In this document: in pieces, positions 28,159 through 37,707 of the stretch
Numbering within the stretch: the stretch's first letter is position 1
Layout of the letters: each line of letters begins with the position of its first letter
IMG/VR virus record: IMGVR_UViG_3300013121_000005
Location: 32,001-96,000 of that record
DNA from: a virus
Lineage: Duplodnaviria; Caudoviricetes
Length of the DNA: 64,000 nt
Reading direction: 5' to 3' (one strand)
Position numbers and translations under genes: made by a program
The notes under the pieces: generated by a model
What the model saw: the letters and a program-made list of their open reading frames with translations, nothing else
The model's database searches: none
Told to the model about the DNA's origin: nothing

Positions 28159-28809
28159 ATGCTTTGCATTGGGCTTGACCCGTCGATGTCGGGCTTTGGG
28201 TGGTGCGTCCATGACGCCAACGCCTTCGGAAAGAAGCGTGTTGTCGATAAGGGGCGCTTTGCTAGTCCGTCGTCCGACGTGTTCGTCGAGAGGTACATGG
28301 GCCTTCGGGCTTGTGTCTCTGACTTGCTTGACGATTGGCCTGAGGTGAGGCGAGTGGGGGTAGAGTCCCCGCCGTTTGGTGAGCTGTGGTCGGAGGGGCT
28401 CTACGGGCTCTTCTTGTACGTCAACGAGGCCATCTACACGAGGCGCCGTGATGTCGTGTACTTCGACCCTTCCATCTTGAAGTTCCTCACCAAAGAGGAT
28501 CCGGAGGTCCGTCGAGGCAAGATGTTCAAAGCTGACATGGTGGCTATGGCCAAAGCGGATACCGGAATTTCTAGGTGGAATTCGGATGAAGCTGACGCCT
28601 ATCATATTGCCAGATTCGCGGCTAGGTTCTGGATGCTGTTCGATGGTGTGATTGAGAGCGATGTTTTGCTTCCTACCGAGCGGGCCATTTTCCTCAAGGA
28701 GAAGACGTTCTCTAGAGGCAAGCATGCCGGGGAAACCCATCAGCTAGGTACTGTTTTTCGTGAAGATGACCGTTTCTTTAGATTCTCACAAGTTCCGGAG
28801 ACTAGATGA
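28159..28809 (+). CDS. RuvC-like Holliday junction resolvase
   Basis: IGLDPS..GFG, VGVE, DEADA. Confidence 0.85.
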   Translation: MLCIGLDPSMSGFGWCVHDANAFGKKRVVDKGRFASPSSDVFVERYMGLRACVSDLLDDWPEVRRVGVESPPFGELWSEGLYGLFLYVNEAIYTRRRDVVYFDPSILKFLTKEDPEVRRGKMFKADMVAMAKADTGISRWNSDEADAYHIARFAARFWMLFDGVIESDVLLPTERAIFLKEKTFSRGKHAGETHQLGTVFREDDRFFRFSQVPETR

Positions 28810-30017
28810 GCAAAGTAGCTGCCGTTAACAAGTCTAAGGTCGTTGCAGGCGCTCTTCTTGCTATCAAGAAGATGACCGGGCAAACACCAGTGGGGTCGAC
28901 GCTTACAACGTTCCCACATATCCCCTCTGGAATTGTTCAGATTGACAACCTTCTTGGGGGGACCCTTTTGCCGGATGGCAGTGGAATGGTTTGCCCGGGA
29001 TACGCTCGTGGGCGTATTATTGAGGTGTATGGCGCGGAGTCGAGTGGGAAAACAACACTGGCTTTGGGGGCCATTGGCGCTGTCCGTAAAATGGGTGGGA
29101 TCTCGATGTTCTTGGACTTTGAGAATGCTCTCCACTATGGGTACGCTCAGAAGGTCATGGGGGGACCTTTCAACGATACCGACACTATTTGCTATGCCCC
29201 AGACACTCTTGAGGAGGGGTTTAAGATGCTTTACGTGGCCATCAAGTCAAACTTCGACCTTGTAGTCGTTGACTCGGTAGCTGCGATGATCCCCAAGAAG
29301 GAAATGGAAAAGAAGCTTGGGGATGCTGCTGCTATCGGGGCTTTGGCTCGTGCTATGGCTGAGAACATCAGCAAGTTGGTCCAGTGGCAAAAGAAGTCCC
29401 CTAATACAGTCCTCATGTTGCTTAATCAAATTCGGTCGCTCATTTCTGACCATGGGGGTGATGAGACAACGACAGGGGGTAAGGCAGTCAAGTTTTACGC
29501 AACCCATCGTCTCAAGCTGACTCGCGTTCGCTCGGACTTTGTGGAGAAGGCCGATCCTGTGACTTTCAAGAAGAAGCGCACTCCGTACGGTAACGTCACC
29601 CAAGTGAAAGTTGTCAAGAACAAGCTTGACGGTAAACAGGGGCATACAGGGGAGATTTTCATCCGCTACGGGTACGGGGTGGATGAGTACCAGAGTCTCA
29701 TCGAATCAGCCATTCCGCGTAAGATCATCGTGAAAGAAGGAGCCAGTTACACCTTCAACGGGGAGAAATTCAGGGGCAAGGAACGTCTCCGCAAGTACCT
29801 TGTTGACAACCCTAAGGCAGTTGGTGACCTTCGGGGGAAGATTCAAAAGGTTATGCTGTCTGAGAAACCTGAGGCTCTTAGTGGGGCGGATGAGATCGAG
29901 GACGATGATATCGTATCGGATCTTCAAGAGGGGGTTGCGGATGATGACTTGGCGGAGGGGGTAGATGAAGAGGCAATTGACGTGGCTTTGTCTGAGGCCG
30001 AAGTTGAGGCCCCTTAG
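28806..30017 (+). CDS. recA: RecA recombinase
   Basis: GRIIEVYGAESSGKTT, VVDSVAA, NQIR, TTGGKAVKFYA, VVKNK. Confidence 0.96.
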   Translation: MSKVAAVNKSKVVAGALLAIKKMTGQTPVGSTLTTFPHIPSGIVQIDNLLGGTLLPDGSGMVCPGYARGRIIEVYGAESSGKTTLALGAIGAVRKMGGISMFLDFENALHYGYAQKVMGGPFNDTDTICYAPDTLEEGFKMLYVAIKSNFDLVVVDSVAAMIPKKEMEKKLGDAAAIGALARAMAENISKLVQWQKKSPNTVLMLLNQIRSLISDHGGDETTTGGKAVKFYATHRLKLTRVRSDFVEKADPVTFKKKRTPYGNVTQVKVVKNKLDGKQGHTGEIFIRYGYGVDEYQSLIESAIPRKIIVKEGASYTFNGEKFRGKERLRKYLVDNPKAVGDLRGKIQKVMLSEKPEALSGADEIEDDDIVSDLQEGVADDDLAEGVDEEAIDVALSEAEVEAP

Positions 30018-30028
30018 GGGGGTGTCCG

Positions 30029-31252
30029 GTGAGTCCGGTGATTAACGTTGAGGTACGGGGTTTTCAGTCTATTGAACATGTGAAAGCCCACCTTGATGGT
30101 TTCACTGTTCTGGTTGGCCGGTCAAATAGAGGTAAAAGTGCCGTGGTGAGGGCGATTAAAAGCGCCCTCACCAACTCTACAGGGACAGCCTTCGTCCGCC
30201 ATAACCCGAGTGAGTGTGCCAGGGCTTTGCGCAAAGCCAAGACCTGTCGTTGCCAAGCGAGTGTCCATATTCAGACAGAAGGGTTCGACCTTCTGTGGGA
30301 AAAAGGGGATGCCGTTAATCGCTACACTTACAATGGTCAAGTGTACGATAAGCCTGGGCAGGGGATTCCTGAATTTTTGACCTCTAGCGGATTTTCCCCG
30401 GTTCGGGTGGGTGGGGAGTCAGGGCTTATTCAAGTCGCGGACCAATTCTTCCCCATCTTCTTGCTTAATCAGTCGGGCCCAGCAGCAGCAGAGGCCATCT
30501 CGGACGTTTCTCGGCTAGACCGGATTAATGCTGCGACTCGATTGGTTGAGAAAGATCGACGGGAAACTCTTTCTGAGAAGAAGGTCCGAGAAAAGGACTT
30601 GGAGGGGTTCCAAGAACGGCTTGACTCCTATGCTGGCTTGGATGGTGCTCTGGGCAAGGTGCAAGCTGCTGTTGATGGTTTGGCCCTAGTTGAGTCTCAA
30701 AAGTCAAAAGTAGACCAGCTTACAGGGTACATGTTGGCTTCAGGGGCCTTGGTAGACCGTATTCGTGCGATCTGGCAAGTGGGCTCGGTTGTAGTTCCGG
30801 ACGCGGTTGCACTTGAGGGTTTGGCTAGTACAGAGCTAACCCTTCGTCGTTACTTGGTTGAGTTGGTGAAGCGAGAGGCTGCGTGTAAAGCCCTACATTG
30901 GGTTGAGGGCTTGGAGGCATTGCCCTTACCTGATTCGTTACTGGAGGTTGCAGACCGAACGAAACGTCTGAATGTGTGGGTAGAGAAGCTTCGGTCCTAT
31001 AGAGACCGGTTCTTGCACTTAGCTAAGGTAGACAGCATCCCGGTACAAGAGGAAGGGGGGCTTAAGCACAATCTCAATGAGATGGCTGCCTATCTCGCAC
31101 GTTATGTGGCGTTGACTAACTCTGTTGCAAAGCTAGAGCAGGAGCTGGTTGAGGTGGAGAAAGAAGAGGAGCTTGTCCAAGAAGAGGTAGCTGCTATTGG
31201 AGTGTGCCCTACCTGCACCCAACCCTTTCACGCTGGACATCAGCATGCCTAG
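30029..31252 (+). CDS. Rad50/SbcC N-terminal half
   Basis: GFQS, Walker A GRSNRGKS, coiled coil, terminal CPTC hook; no Walker B. Confidence 0.88.
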   Translation: MSPVINVEVRGFQSIEHVKAHLDGFTVLVGRSNRGKSAVVRAIKSALTNSTGTAFVRHNPSECARALRKAKTCRCQASVHIQTEGFDLLWEKGDAVNRYTYNGQVYDKPGQGIPEFLTSSGFSPVRVGGESGLIQVADQFFPIFLLNQSGPAAAEAISDVSRLDRINAATRLVEKDRRETLSEKKVREKDLEGFQERLDSYAGLDGALGKVQAAVDGLALVESQKSKVDQLTGYMLASGALVDRIRAIWQVGSVVVPDAVALEGLASTELTLRRYLVELVKREAACKALHWVEGLEALPLPDSLLEVADRTKRLNVWVEKLRSYRDRFLHLAKVDSIPVQEEGGLKHNLNEMAAYLARYVALTNSVAKLEQELVEVEKEEELVQEEVAAIGVCPTCTQPFHAGHQHA

Positions 31253-32222
31253 ACTCTCATTCCTGTTTCGTACGGACACTCATGTTTCTGACCGTAACCC
31301 TTTATCTTGGAAGGGGGATTACCCTTCGGAGATATGGTCGAATCTTGAGCAGGTTGGGAGGATCGCTAAGGAGCGAGAGGTCACTGCTGTTCTTGATGGG
31401 GGTGACTACTTTCATGTTAAAGCAGCTTCCAGGAATCCGCATCGTCTTGTAGAGAAAACAGCTAGAATCCATCGAGCCTATACGTGCCCAACCTTTGAGG
31501 TAGAGGGCAATCACGATATTGCCTACAACAACCTCAGCACTTTACCGGACCAGCCTTTAGGGGTTTTGTTCGCAAGTGGGGTATTCCAGCCTCTTCGAGA
31601 GGAGGTCTTTGTGGATGGGGACCTACAGATTCGGGTGGTTGGGGTTCCGTATAGTCCTGTACGACGGTTGGATGAACTTTTGCAGATCCAAAAGAAACCA
31701 GGAGACACGCATCTCCTTGCCGTGGTGCATGGGTTAGCTGCGAAAGACCCTCCCCCTCAGGTTGAGGACTTTTGGAATGAGCCTGTCTTCTCTTACGAGA
31801 GCCTTGTAAGTCGGAACGGCCCAGATATTTGGATGTTTGGTCATTGGCATAAGGACCAGGGGATCGAGACGATCCGTGGGAAGCGCTTCATTAATCTAGG
31901 GGCTCTTTCCCGAGGGTCTTTGGTCAGAGAGAATCTGAAACGGGTCCCTAAGGTAGCTCTCATCGAGGTGACTTCTGGGGATTTGAGTGTCACGCCAATT
32001 CCTCTTTCTGTCGCTCCCGCTGAGGATGTTTTCGACTTAGAGCGAAAGGCAGCCCAAGAAAAGGAGCGGCATGACATTGAGCAGTTTGTTCTTCAGCTCG
32101 TTAGTGACGGGGTGTCGGACCCGGAAGCCAGCGTTGAGGACAATATACGATCTCTTGGGTTTGCTGATGAAGTTCGGGACGAAGCCCTTCGGTACTTGGA
32201 ACTTGTTGACTCTGTGGGGTGA
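31245..32222 (+). CDS. Mre11/SbcD-type metallophosphoesterase nuclease
   Basis: DTH, GGDYFH, GNHD, GHWH. Confidence 0.9.
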   Translation: MPRLSFLFRTDTHVSDRNPLSWKGDYPSEIWSNLEQVGRIAKEREVTAVLDGGDYFHVKAASRNPHRLVEKTARIHRAYTCPTFEVEGNHDIAYNNLSTLPDQPLGVLFASGVFQPLREEVFVDGDLQIRVVGVPYSPVRRLDELLQIQKKPGDTHLLAVVHGLAAKDPPPQVEDFWNEPVFSYESLVSRNGPDIWMFGHWHKDQGIETIRGKRFINLGALSRGSLVRENLKRVPKVALIEVTSGDLSVTPIPLSVAPAEDVFDLERKAAQEKERHDIEQFVLQLVSDGVSDPEASVEDNIRSLGFADEVRDEALRYLELVDSVG

Positions 32223-33199
32223 TGCTCATGTACGTGTCTTACTCTGGATTCAAGACTTATGAGCAATGCCCTTACTCATACTGGCACAAGTATGTGAATA
32301 AGACCCATCTTTCAACGCCAGACAACGGCGTCAACGCGCTCTTTGGGACGATCGTTGGCACGATCTTCGAGTCCTTCTACCGGGACCGAATCTGGCGCCA
32401 CCCGGACTTCCTCGAACGCCTTCAGGGTCTTGTTGAGCCCCACTACAACAACGCTATCAAGTCGCAGCGTGGTCGGGTCTACGACTGGAACGACGAGAAG
32501 GCCAACTACCACTCGAAGGAGGAGCTTCTGGTTGATGTCCGGGAGGCTCTTCCTCGTGGGGTGCGCATCATCAAGGAGCATCGGCTCCTAGGCGCCCAGG
32601 CTGATCCAGAGGTGAAGCTCGACACGAAGTTCGGCAACCACATCATCGGCGGTCGAGCTGACTTCGTGATCCGACGGATTGAGCCCCACAAGGACCTCGT
32701 GATCCTTGACGGGAAGGGGTCGAAGCATCGCGAGAAGTACGTCGATGGGCAGCCCAAGAAGGCTGGACAAGAGGTCGAGGGTACTCAGCTCAAGTGGTAT
32801 GGGCTTCTCTACCGTGCCAAGTTCAGCTCGATTCCAGACAAGATCGGCTACGTCTTCTGGCGGTTCGAGGGGGATCAGGCCATCGAATGGGTTCCGTTTG
32901 TCCCCTCAGACCTCGATCGTTTGCAGCATGAGGTGCTTACCACGATGGGGCGTGTGGAGACCTCAATCTCAAACTTAGAAGGAGTTTCAGGTCAGAGGAA
33001 GGTCTATGATGAGCTTCGACAAGAGCTTTTCCCGGCACAGCCTGGAGGTCATTGTCGATTCTGCGTATATGCCTCTACGTGTGAAGAGGGGAGTGCAAAG
33101 GTCAAATCTTTTGACCGTAAGAGACCCCCTAGAGCTACCCTTCCCGTGGACGGTGTAGTAGACCCTGGCATGAGCCTCGATAGTATTGAGGATGAGTGA
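32219..33199 (+). CDS. PD-(D/E)XK nuclease, Cas4/AddB-like with Fe-S cysteines
   Basis: SYS..YEQCP, GRADF..ILDGK, QLKWY, CRFCVYASTC. Confidence 0.85.
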   Translation: MMLMYVSYSGFKTYEQCPYSYWHKYVNKTHLSTPDNGVNALFGTIVGTIFESFYRDRIWRHPDFLERLQGLVEPHYNNAIKSQRGRVYDWNDEKANYHSKEELLVDVREALPRGVRIIKEHRLLGAQADPEVKLDTKFGNHIIGGRADFVIRRIEPHKDLVILDGKGSKHREKYVDGQPKKAGQEVEGTQLKWYGLLYRAKFSSIPDKIGYVFWRFEGDQAIEWVPFVPSDLDRLQHEVLTTMGRVETSISNLEGVSGQRKVYDELRQELFPAQPGGHCRFCVYASTCEEGSAKVKSFDRKRPPRATLPVDGVVDPGMSLDSIEDE

Positions 33200-33489
33200 G
33201 AGAGGAAAAAAAGCGAATGCTCTCCCCGGAAGAACTTCAGAATCGAATTGCGGATCTTCTTCGACGTAATCAGCGTGTCCTCAAGCGTAAGACAGAGCTT
33301 GGGGGTGAATTGAAGTCGAAGAAGGCCGAACTGGCGAACCTCGTAAAAGAGATTCAGGACGCTGGCTTTAATCCTAAGACCCTTGTAGCAGACCGAGATA
33401 AAGCCCAAGAAGAACTAGAGTCTTTGATGGATGCCTTTGAGAAGGGGTTGTTGGAAGCTGAGCAGTCCTTGGCTGATTACGATAAGTGA
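33196..33489 (+). CDS. Small coiled-coil protein
   Basis: Heptad-rich 97 aa. Confidence 0.7.
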   Translation: MREEKKRMLSPEELQNRIADLLRRNQRVLKRKTELGGELKSKKAELANLVKEIQDAGFNPKTLVADRDKAQEELESLMDAFEKGLLEAEQSLADYDK

Positions 33490-33499
33490 GAGAGACAAG

Positions 33500-34756
33500 A
33501 TGAAATTCAAAGTAAATGTCACGGACTTGAATGCAGCCGTAGATGTAGCCAAGATTGTCACCCCCAAGCCCGTAACCTCTAAAGGAGGGGCTGGCTTCTT
33601 GTTTGTGGTTAAGGGGGATCGTTGTTTTGTCTACTCACGGGATACTCTCTGTGTATCCCGTGCTAGTTTCGGTATTTTCGAGGCAGACGGGGAAGGGTCA
33701 TTTGTGTACCCGGCTGAGTACATTGATTCCTTCAAGTACTTAGACGGGCACACCTGTACCTTTGAGGCGATGGCTTTGGAGGACGATAAGTTCTTAGTTC
33801 GGTACGAGGCGTCGAATGGGGCCAAATCTGAACGTATGTCCTTTAACCCCCAACTCCTCTCAACTTGTGACGAGGACTTGACAGCCACTACTACGAGTTA
33901 CGATTTCCCTTCTGCGATCCTTAGGGATGCGATTGGGGCAGCTCGCCCTTTCATGGTTAAAAGCGATCGGGGAGGAGAAGACCATCTCAAAACCCTTCAG
34001 ATTTTCGACACCTCTCGGCCTGAGTACTCCCGGGGAGATGGGAATCTGTATGCTTCCGACAGCACCCGTATGATTTGGTACTGGAGTGAAGCCTTCATGG
34101 GCAAGGGGATCTCCATCCATGGGCAACACCTTTCTTCGTTGGTGGGGTTCCTTGCGAAGAGCACGGATAAGGTCACTGTTCGTGTCGGAGATCACTTCAC
34201 TTTTGTCGAAAATGCTGAGGGTCATGTTCTGGGGTGGCCTAAGCATTACAAGATGCACCCCAAGTACGCTTACTACTCCACTGATAGTGACCTTTATGTC
34301 CTACTGGTTGATCGGGTCCCTCTTTTGGGGGCTCTTAACTACGTGAGGGGAGAGCTAGATAGCTCTAGGGACACAATCAAACTTCATTTCGACCATGCTC
34401 GTTCCGTCCTTCGGTTTGTTATCTCGGAGGGTAGCTCTAAGGCAGAGTACACCCTGCCTGTGAAAATCAAGCCTAGGGTTGTGGAAGAAGAGGGGAAGGA
34501 AGTAGTAACCCCTTGGGCAGAAGCTAGTGATTGGGCACATCCGGTAAGTGTCAATCACCTTATGGACTTGGTGCGGGAGGTTCGAGGGAATCAGGTTGAG
34601 ATTCGAGTTATTGCCTTCCAGAAGGGGTCAAAGAAGGTCGCTATGCTTCGCACTATCGACGACTTCCGACTTGATGGGCAGGGCAAGGTTGTGATTGAAG
34701 CAACAGAGGGGTCTTACCCATGCAGGGTAACACGATTCATGCCCTCGAAGGATTGA
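33500..34756 (+). CDS. Divergent DNA sliding clamp (DnaN-like)
   Basis: MKFKVN..DL..A start, LYASDSTRM (ATD-like), ~420 aa, clamp loader genes nearby. Confidence 0.65.
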   Translation: MKFKVNVTDLNAAVDVAKIVTPKPVTSKGGAGFLFVVKGDRCFVYSRDTLCVSRASFGIFEADGEGSFVYPAEYIDSFKYLDGHTCTFEAMALEDDKFLVRYEASNGAKSERMSFNPQLLSTCDEDLTATTTSYDFPSAILRDAIGAARPFMVKSDRGGEDHLKTLQIFDTSRPEYSRGDGNLYASDSTRMIWYWSEAFMGKGISIHGQHLSSLVGFLAKSTDKVTVRVGDHFTFVENAEGHVLGWPKHYKMHPKYAYYSTDSDLYVLLVDRVPLLGALNYVRGELDSSRDTIKLHFDHARSVLRFVISEGSSKAEYTLPVKIKPRVVEEEGKEVVTPWAEASDWAHPVSVNHLMDLVREVRGNQVEIRVIAFQKGSKKVAMLRTIDDFRLDGQGKVVIEATEGSYPCRVTRFMPSKD

Positions 34757-35409
34757 GCCCGGCAGCTCGTGTTCGGCGTTTACAGGATGTCTCTACTCGT
34801 CTTAGGGCGGTTCGAGATCAAGTCCAACAGGACCTAACCAGCACGAAGCAAGAGATTGAGGTTCTTGTCCATCGGCAAGAAGTCTTACAGAAGGTAATCG
34901 AGTTGTATCGGGTCCTTATGGACCGGATGTTGTTGGGTCAAGTGCGTAACATTGAGGCCATTGTGTCTGAAGGGTTGCGTACAATCTTCTTCGACCAAAA
35001 CCTTAGCTTCAAGGCGGAAGTCTCCTCGAAGTACAACAAGGTCAGTGTAGACTTCTTCATTTGCGTAGGTGACCCAGAACATGGTGGGATTAAGGGGTCT
35101 CCTTTGGACTCCTTTGGAGGCGGGCCCACTAGTATCGCTAGCCTCATCCTTCGTATCCTCACTCTGCTACGCCTTAGGCGTAAGAAGCTTCTTTTGCTTG
35201 ATGAAACTCTTGCGGCGGTCTCGGATGACTACATTGAGACTACGGCTAAATTTCTCCAGAAATTGGCTATTGTGAGTGGATTGACAGTTCTGCTGGTCAC
35301 CCATAAGGCAGCATACTTGGAGCACGCCAAGACTGCCTACCAAGGGGATTCAAAGGAATCTGACGGTCATGATGAGTTTGTGATCAAGAAACTTCGAGGG
35401 GCCTCATGA
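34720..35409 (+). CDS. Rad50/SbcC C-terminal half
   Basis: Coiled coil then SFGGG signature, LLLLDE Walker B, LVTH H-loop. Confidence 0.88.
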   Translation: MQGNTIHALEGLSPAARVRRLQDVSTRLRAVRDQVQQDLTSTKQEIEVLVHRQEVLQKVIELYRVLMDRMLLGQVRNIEAIVSEGLRTIFFDQNLSFKAEVSSKYNKVSVDFFICVGDPEHGGIKGSPLDSFGGGPTSIASLILRILTLLRLRRKKLLLLDETLAAVSDDYIETTAKFLQKLAIVSGLTVLLVTHKAAYLEHAKTAYQGDSKESDGHDEFVIKKLRGAS

Positions 35410-35936
35410 AGACGAAGATGGACATCGAGCATCGTCTCAAGGTTCTTTTGGACGCGGAATTGGAGCAGAGACTTAAGGTGCTATCTTTGCGTTTGCCTCA
35501 GAGTTGCGTTCACAATCACCGTCAACCTCTTGACCCCAGAAAGAAGGTAGGGGGGGAGCCCAATGAGGAGTACAACCGCATTGTAGGTAAGAATGCCCTT
35601 CCTGTTGTCCAAACTATCGGGCTTTGTATGTTAGGGGCTGAGGACCCGGAGACTTGGCCTGGGTCCATTTGTGAGGACCCCTTGGATGCTAAGCGATGCT
35701 CGTTTTTTACCCATACTCAGAACAAAGCTCAGGTTATCCAGGAGTTTTCGGAGCAGCTTAGGGATTTGGAGTGGGTGAAGACGCACTATCCGGAAATCTA
35801 CACTCTTTTGTGGGTTCTGGAGGAGACCAAACTTCTTCAGATTCCTTGGTGGAAGCGTCTGTTGTTGAAGTTACGTGTGATTCGTCTGGAGCCCGTAACC
35901 CCTTCGATTGACCCCACAAAGCTTTTACCGGGGTGA
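35406..35936 (+). CDS. Cys-containing hypothetical protein
   Basis: Translationally coupled ORF. Confidence 0.7.
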   Translation: MKTKMDIEHRLKVLLDAELEQRLKVLSLRLPQSCVHNHRQPLDPRKKVGGEPNEEYNRIVGKNALPVVQTIGLCMLGAEDPETWPGSICEDPLDAKRCSFFTHTQNKAQVIQEFSEQLRDLEWVKTHYPEIYTLLWVLEETKLLQIPWWKRLLLKLRVIRLEPVTPSIDPTKLLPG

Positions 35937-35937
35937 C

Positions 35938-36534
35938 ATGTTCTCGGTTCTTTCCCATTTGTTTGTGACGGAGCGCCATCGAGCACGGGGGGCTCGATCA
36001 GGATTTGTCTCCGTCCCAGCGATGATGGAGTTGGAAGGGCCTAAGGGTGAGGCGGATCCGGTCGTAGTTTCAACAGCCCGGGGGAAGTTTGTTCAAACAC
36101 GGAAGACCAGTGAGGGTCTCTACCGATTCGCTTTTTTCCCTTGCTCTCTCGAAGAGGAGGGTGAAGTACCCGCCCAGTTGCTTAAGTCCCTTTGGGCTAT
36201 GTCTCTGGGGTCAAATTGGAGTAATCGGCATCGAACAGTGTCTGAAGCCATCCAGGTCATGAAAGAGTCCCCTTTCAAGCCTAAAACGGTTGTATTGCCT
36301 AGAGCTTTAGCTGAAAGCTTCGCAGGGTGCACACTTCCGGAGGGGACTCAAGCTTTTGTGGTGGGTGGGCTTAACATCTTGATTGCTTCGCTCCCTGAAC
36401 AATCTGCGATAGTTGCGACCCACCCGGCTTGTCTCGGTGTCTATGCAAGAATAGGTGACCACATTGGTCTCCAACTCTATGGGGTCTCTCAGACATTGAG
36501 GCTTGTCTATGCCGGAAGCGAAGGGTTGGGTTGA
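35938..36534 (+). CDS. Hypothetical protein
   Basis: ORF in operon. Confidence 0.7.
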   Translation: MFSVLSHLFVTERHRARGARSGFVSVPAMMELEGPKGEADPVVVSTARGKFVQTRKTSEGLYRFAFFPCSLEEEGEVPAQLLKSLWAMSLGSNWSNRHRTVSEAIQVMKESPFKPKTVVLPRALAESFAGCTLPEGTQAFVVGGLNILIASLPEQSAIVATHPACLGVYARIGDHIGLQLYGVSQTLRLVYAGSEGLG

Positions 36535-37210
36535 CGTTTTCGTTGACTATGCCCATAGGAGTCTCAATTCAAATGAGGGGGCTCGTGAGATTCTTTGGGC
36601 TCGTGGGGCTTCAGAAGAACAGCTTGCCTTGTTCAAGGTAGGGTATGTGGAGGAGGAGGGGGGCCTTCCTCCTGCGGAGTACCCAGCTCATTTTCTTGAG
36701 TGGTCTGGGAGAGGGCAAAAGCTCGCGGAGTGCTTTCTCTTCCCTTTGACGAATGGGCTTGGGGAAGTTAAGGGGTTTCAGTTTCGGCATCGAACCAAGA
36801 AGGAGTATATGGACTTCTTTTTGGTTCGATCTGAGCCCGTGTTCTTTGGGCTTGGACAAGCCTTGCCTGCTATTTGGGCTAAGGAGGAAGTAGTGTTGGT
36901 TGAGGGGGTATTTGACTTGTTCCCGACTCAACGAGTGCACTCAGGTACTGTGTCGACATTGACGGCTAAGGTAAGTGGTGGTTTACTCCGAACTCTGCGT
37001 CGGCTTGTGCGCAAGGTCTTCCTGTTCTACGATAAAGACCAATCGGGTCGGCTAGGAGCTGAGAAGTTTTTGGCTAGCCATGGTTCTGAGTTTGAAGTAG
37101 CTCGATCTATTCCCTATCCGTTTGGGGTATCTGTTAAGGACCCTGCTGATCTCTGGGAGGCTTGGGGCGATGAGCGCTTCAATCCATATCTCACGAAGCA
37201 ATTGGAGTAA
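36509..37210 (+). CDS. DnaG-like primase catalytic core (TOPRIM) lacking Zn-binding domain
   Basis: FPL..G.V.GFQFR, LVEGVFD, YDKD.SG, KDPAD. Confidence 0.85.
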   Translation: MPEAKGWVDVFVDYAHRSLNSNEGAREILWARGASEEQLALFKVGYVEEEGGLPPAEYPAHFLEWSGRGQKLAECFLFPLTNGLGEVKGFQFRHRTKKEYMDFFLVRSEPVFFGLGQALPAIWAKEEVVLVEGVFDLFPTQRVHSGTVSTLTAKVSGGLLRTLRRLVRKVFLFYDKDQSGRLGAEKFLASHGSEFEVARSIPYPFGVSVKDPADLWEAWGDERFNPYLTKQLE

Positions 37211-37213
37211 GTT

Positions 37214-37696
37214 ATGGCTCAAGTCTACGAAAATGCTGAAGCGGTTGAGACCATCGCGAATAGTCTGATCCCTACCCATCACCCTGACTTAGCTACTGCT
37301 AAATTTCGCTTTATTTTCAAGGAAAAAGCATCTAAGAAGGGGGGTCGTCCGGTATTGGGTACGGTTAAGAAGTCGAGTGACTTGCTCTACTTTCTTATCG
37401 ACGTTCACTACCTTGTTGAGGTCCCCCTTGAGATATGGAATACTCTGGAGGAGGCGAAGCGTGTTGCTCTAGTTGACCACTTACTGGAGCGATGCTTCGG
37501 GGAAGAATCTGAAGAGTTGGGTGGGCAGATGGTGTGGAAGATCCGTGAGCCCGAGGTACAGGAGTTTGCTTCCATTCTTCGTCGTCATGGGGCTTGGACC
37601 GAAGACCTCGTAAACTTCGTGTCAGTAGGGCAGTCTATTGACTTGGGCTATATGACTGGCGAAGAAGTCAATCGAGTTACGGTAGAAACGAACTAA
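37214..37696 (+). CDS. Phage putative metallopeptidase-like protein, degenerate active site
   Basis: W..L....RVALVDHLL, EF..I.RRHGAW pattern. Confidence 0.65.
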   Translation: MAQVYENAEAVETIANSLIPTHHPDLATAKFRFIFKEKASKKGGRPVLGTVKKSSDLLYFLIDVHYLVEVPLEIWNTLEEAKRVALVDHLLERCFGEESEELGGQMVWKIREPEVQEFASILRRHGAWTEDLVNFVSVGQSIDLGYMTGEEVNRVTVETN

Positions 37697-37707
37697 GGGG
37701 GCTTGTT

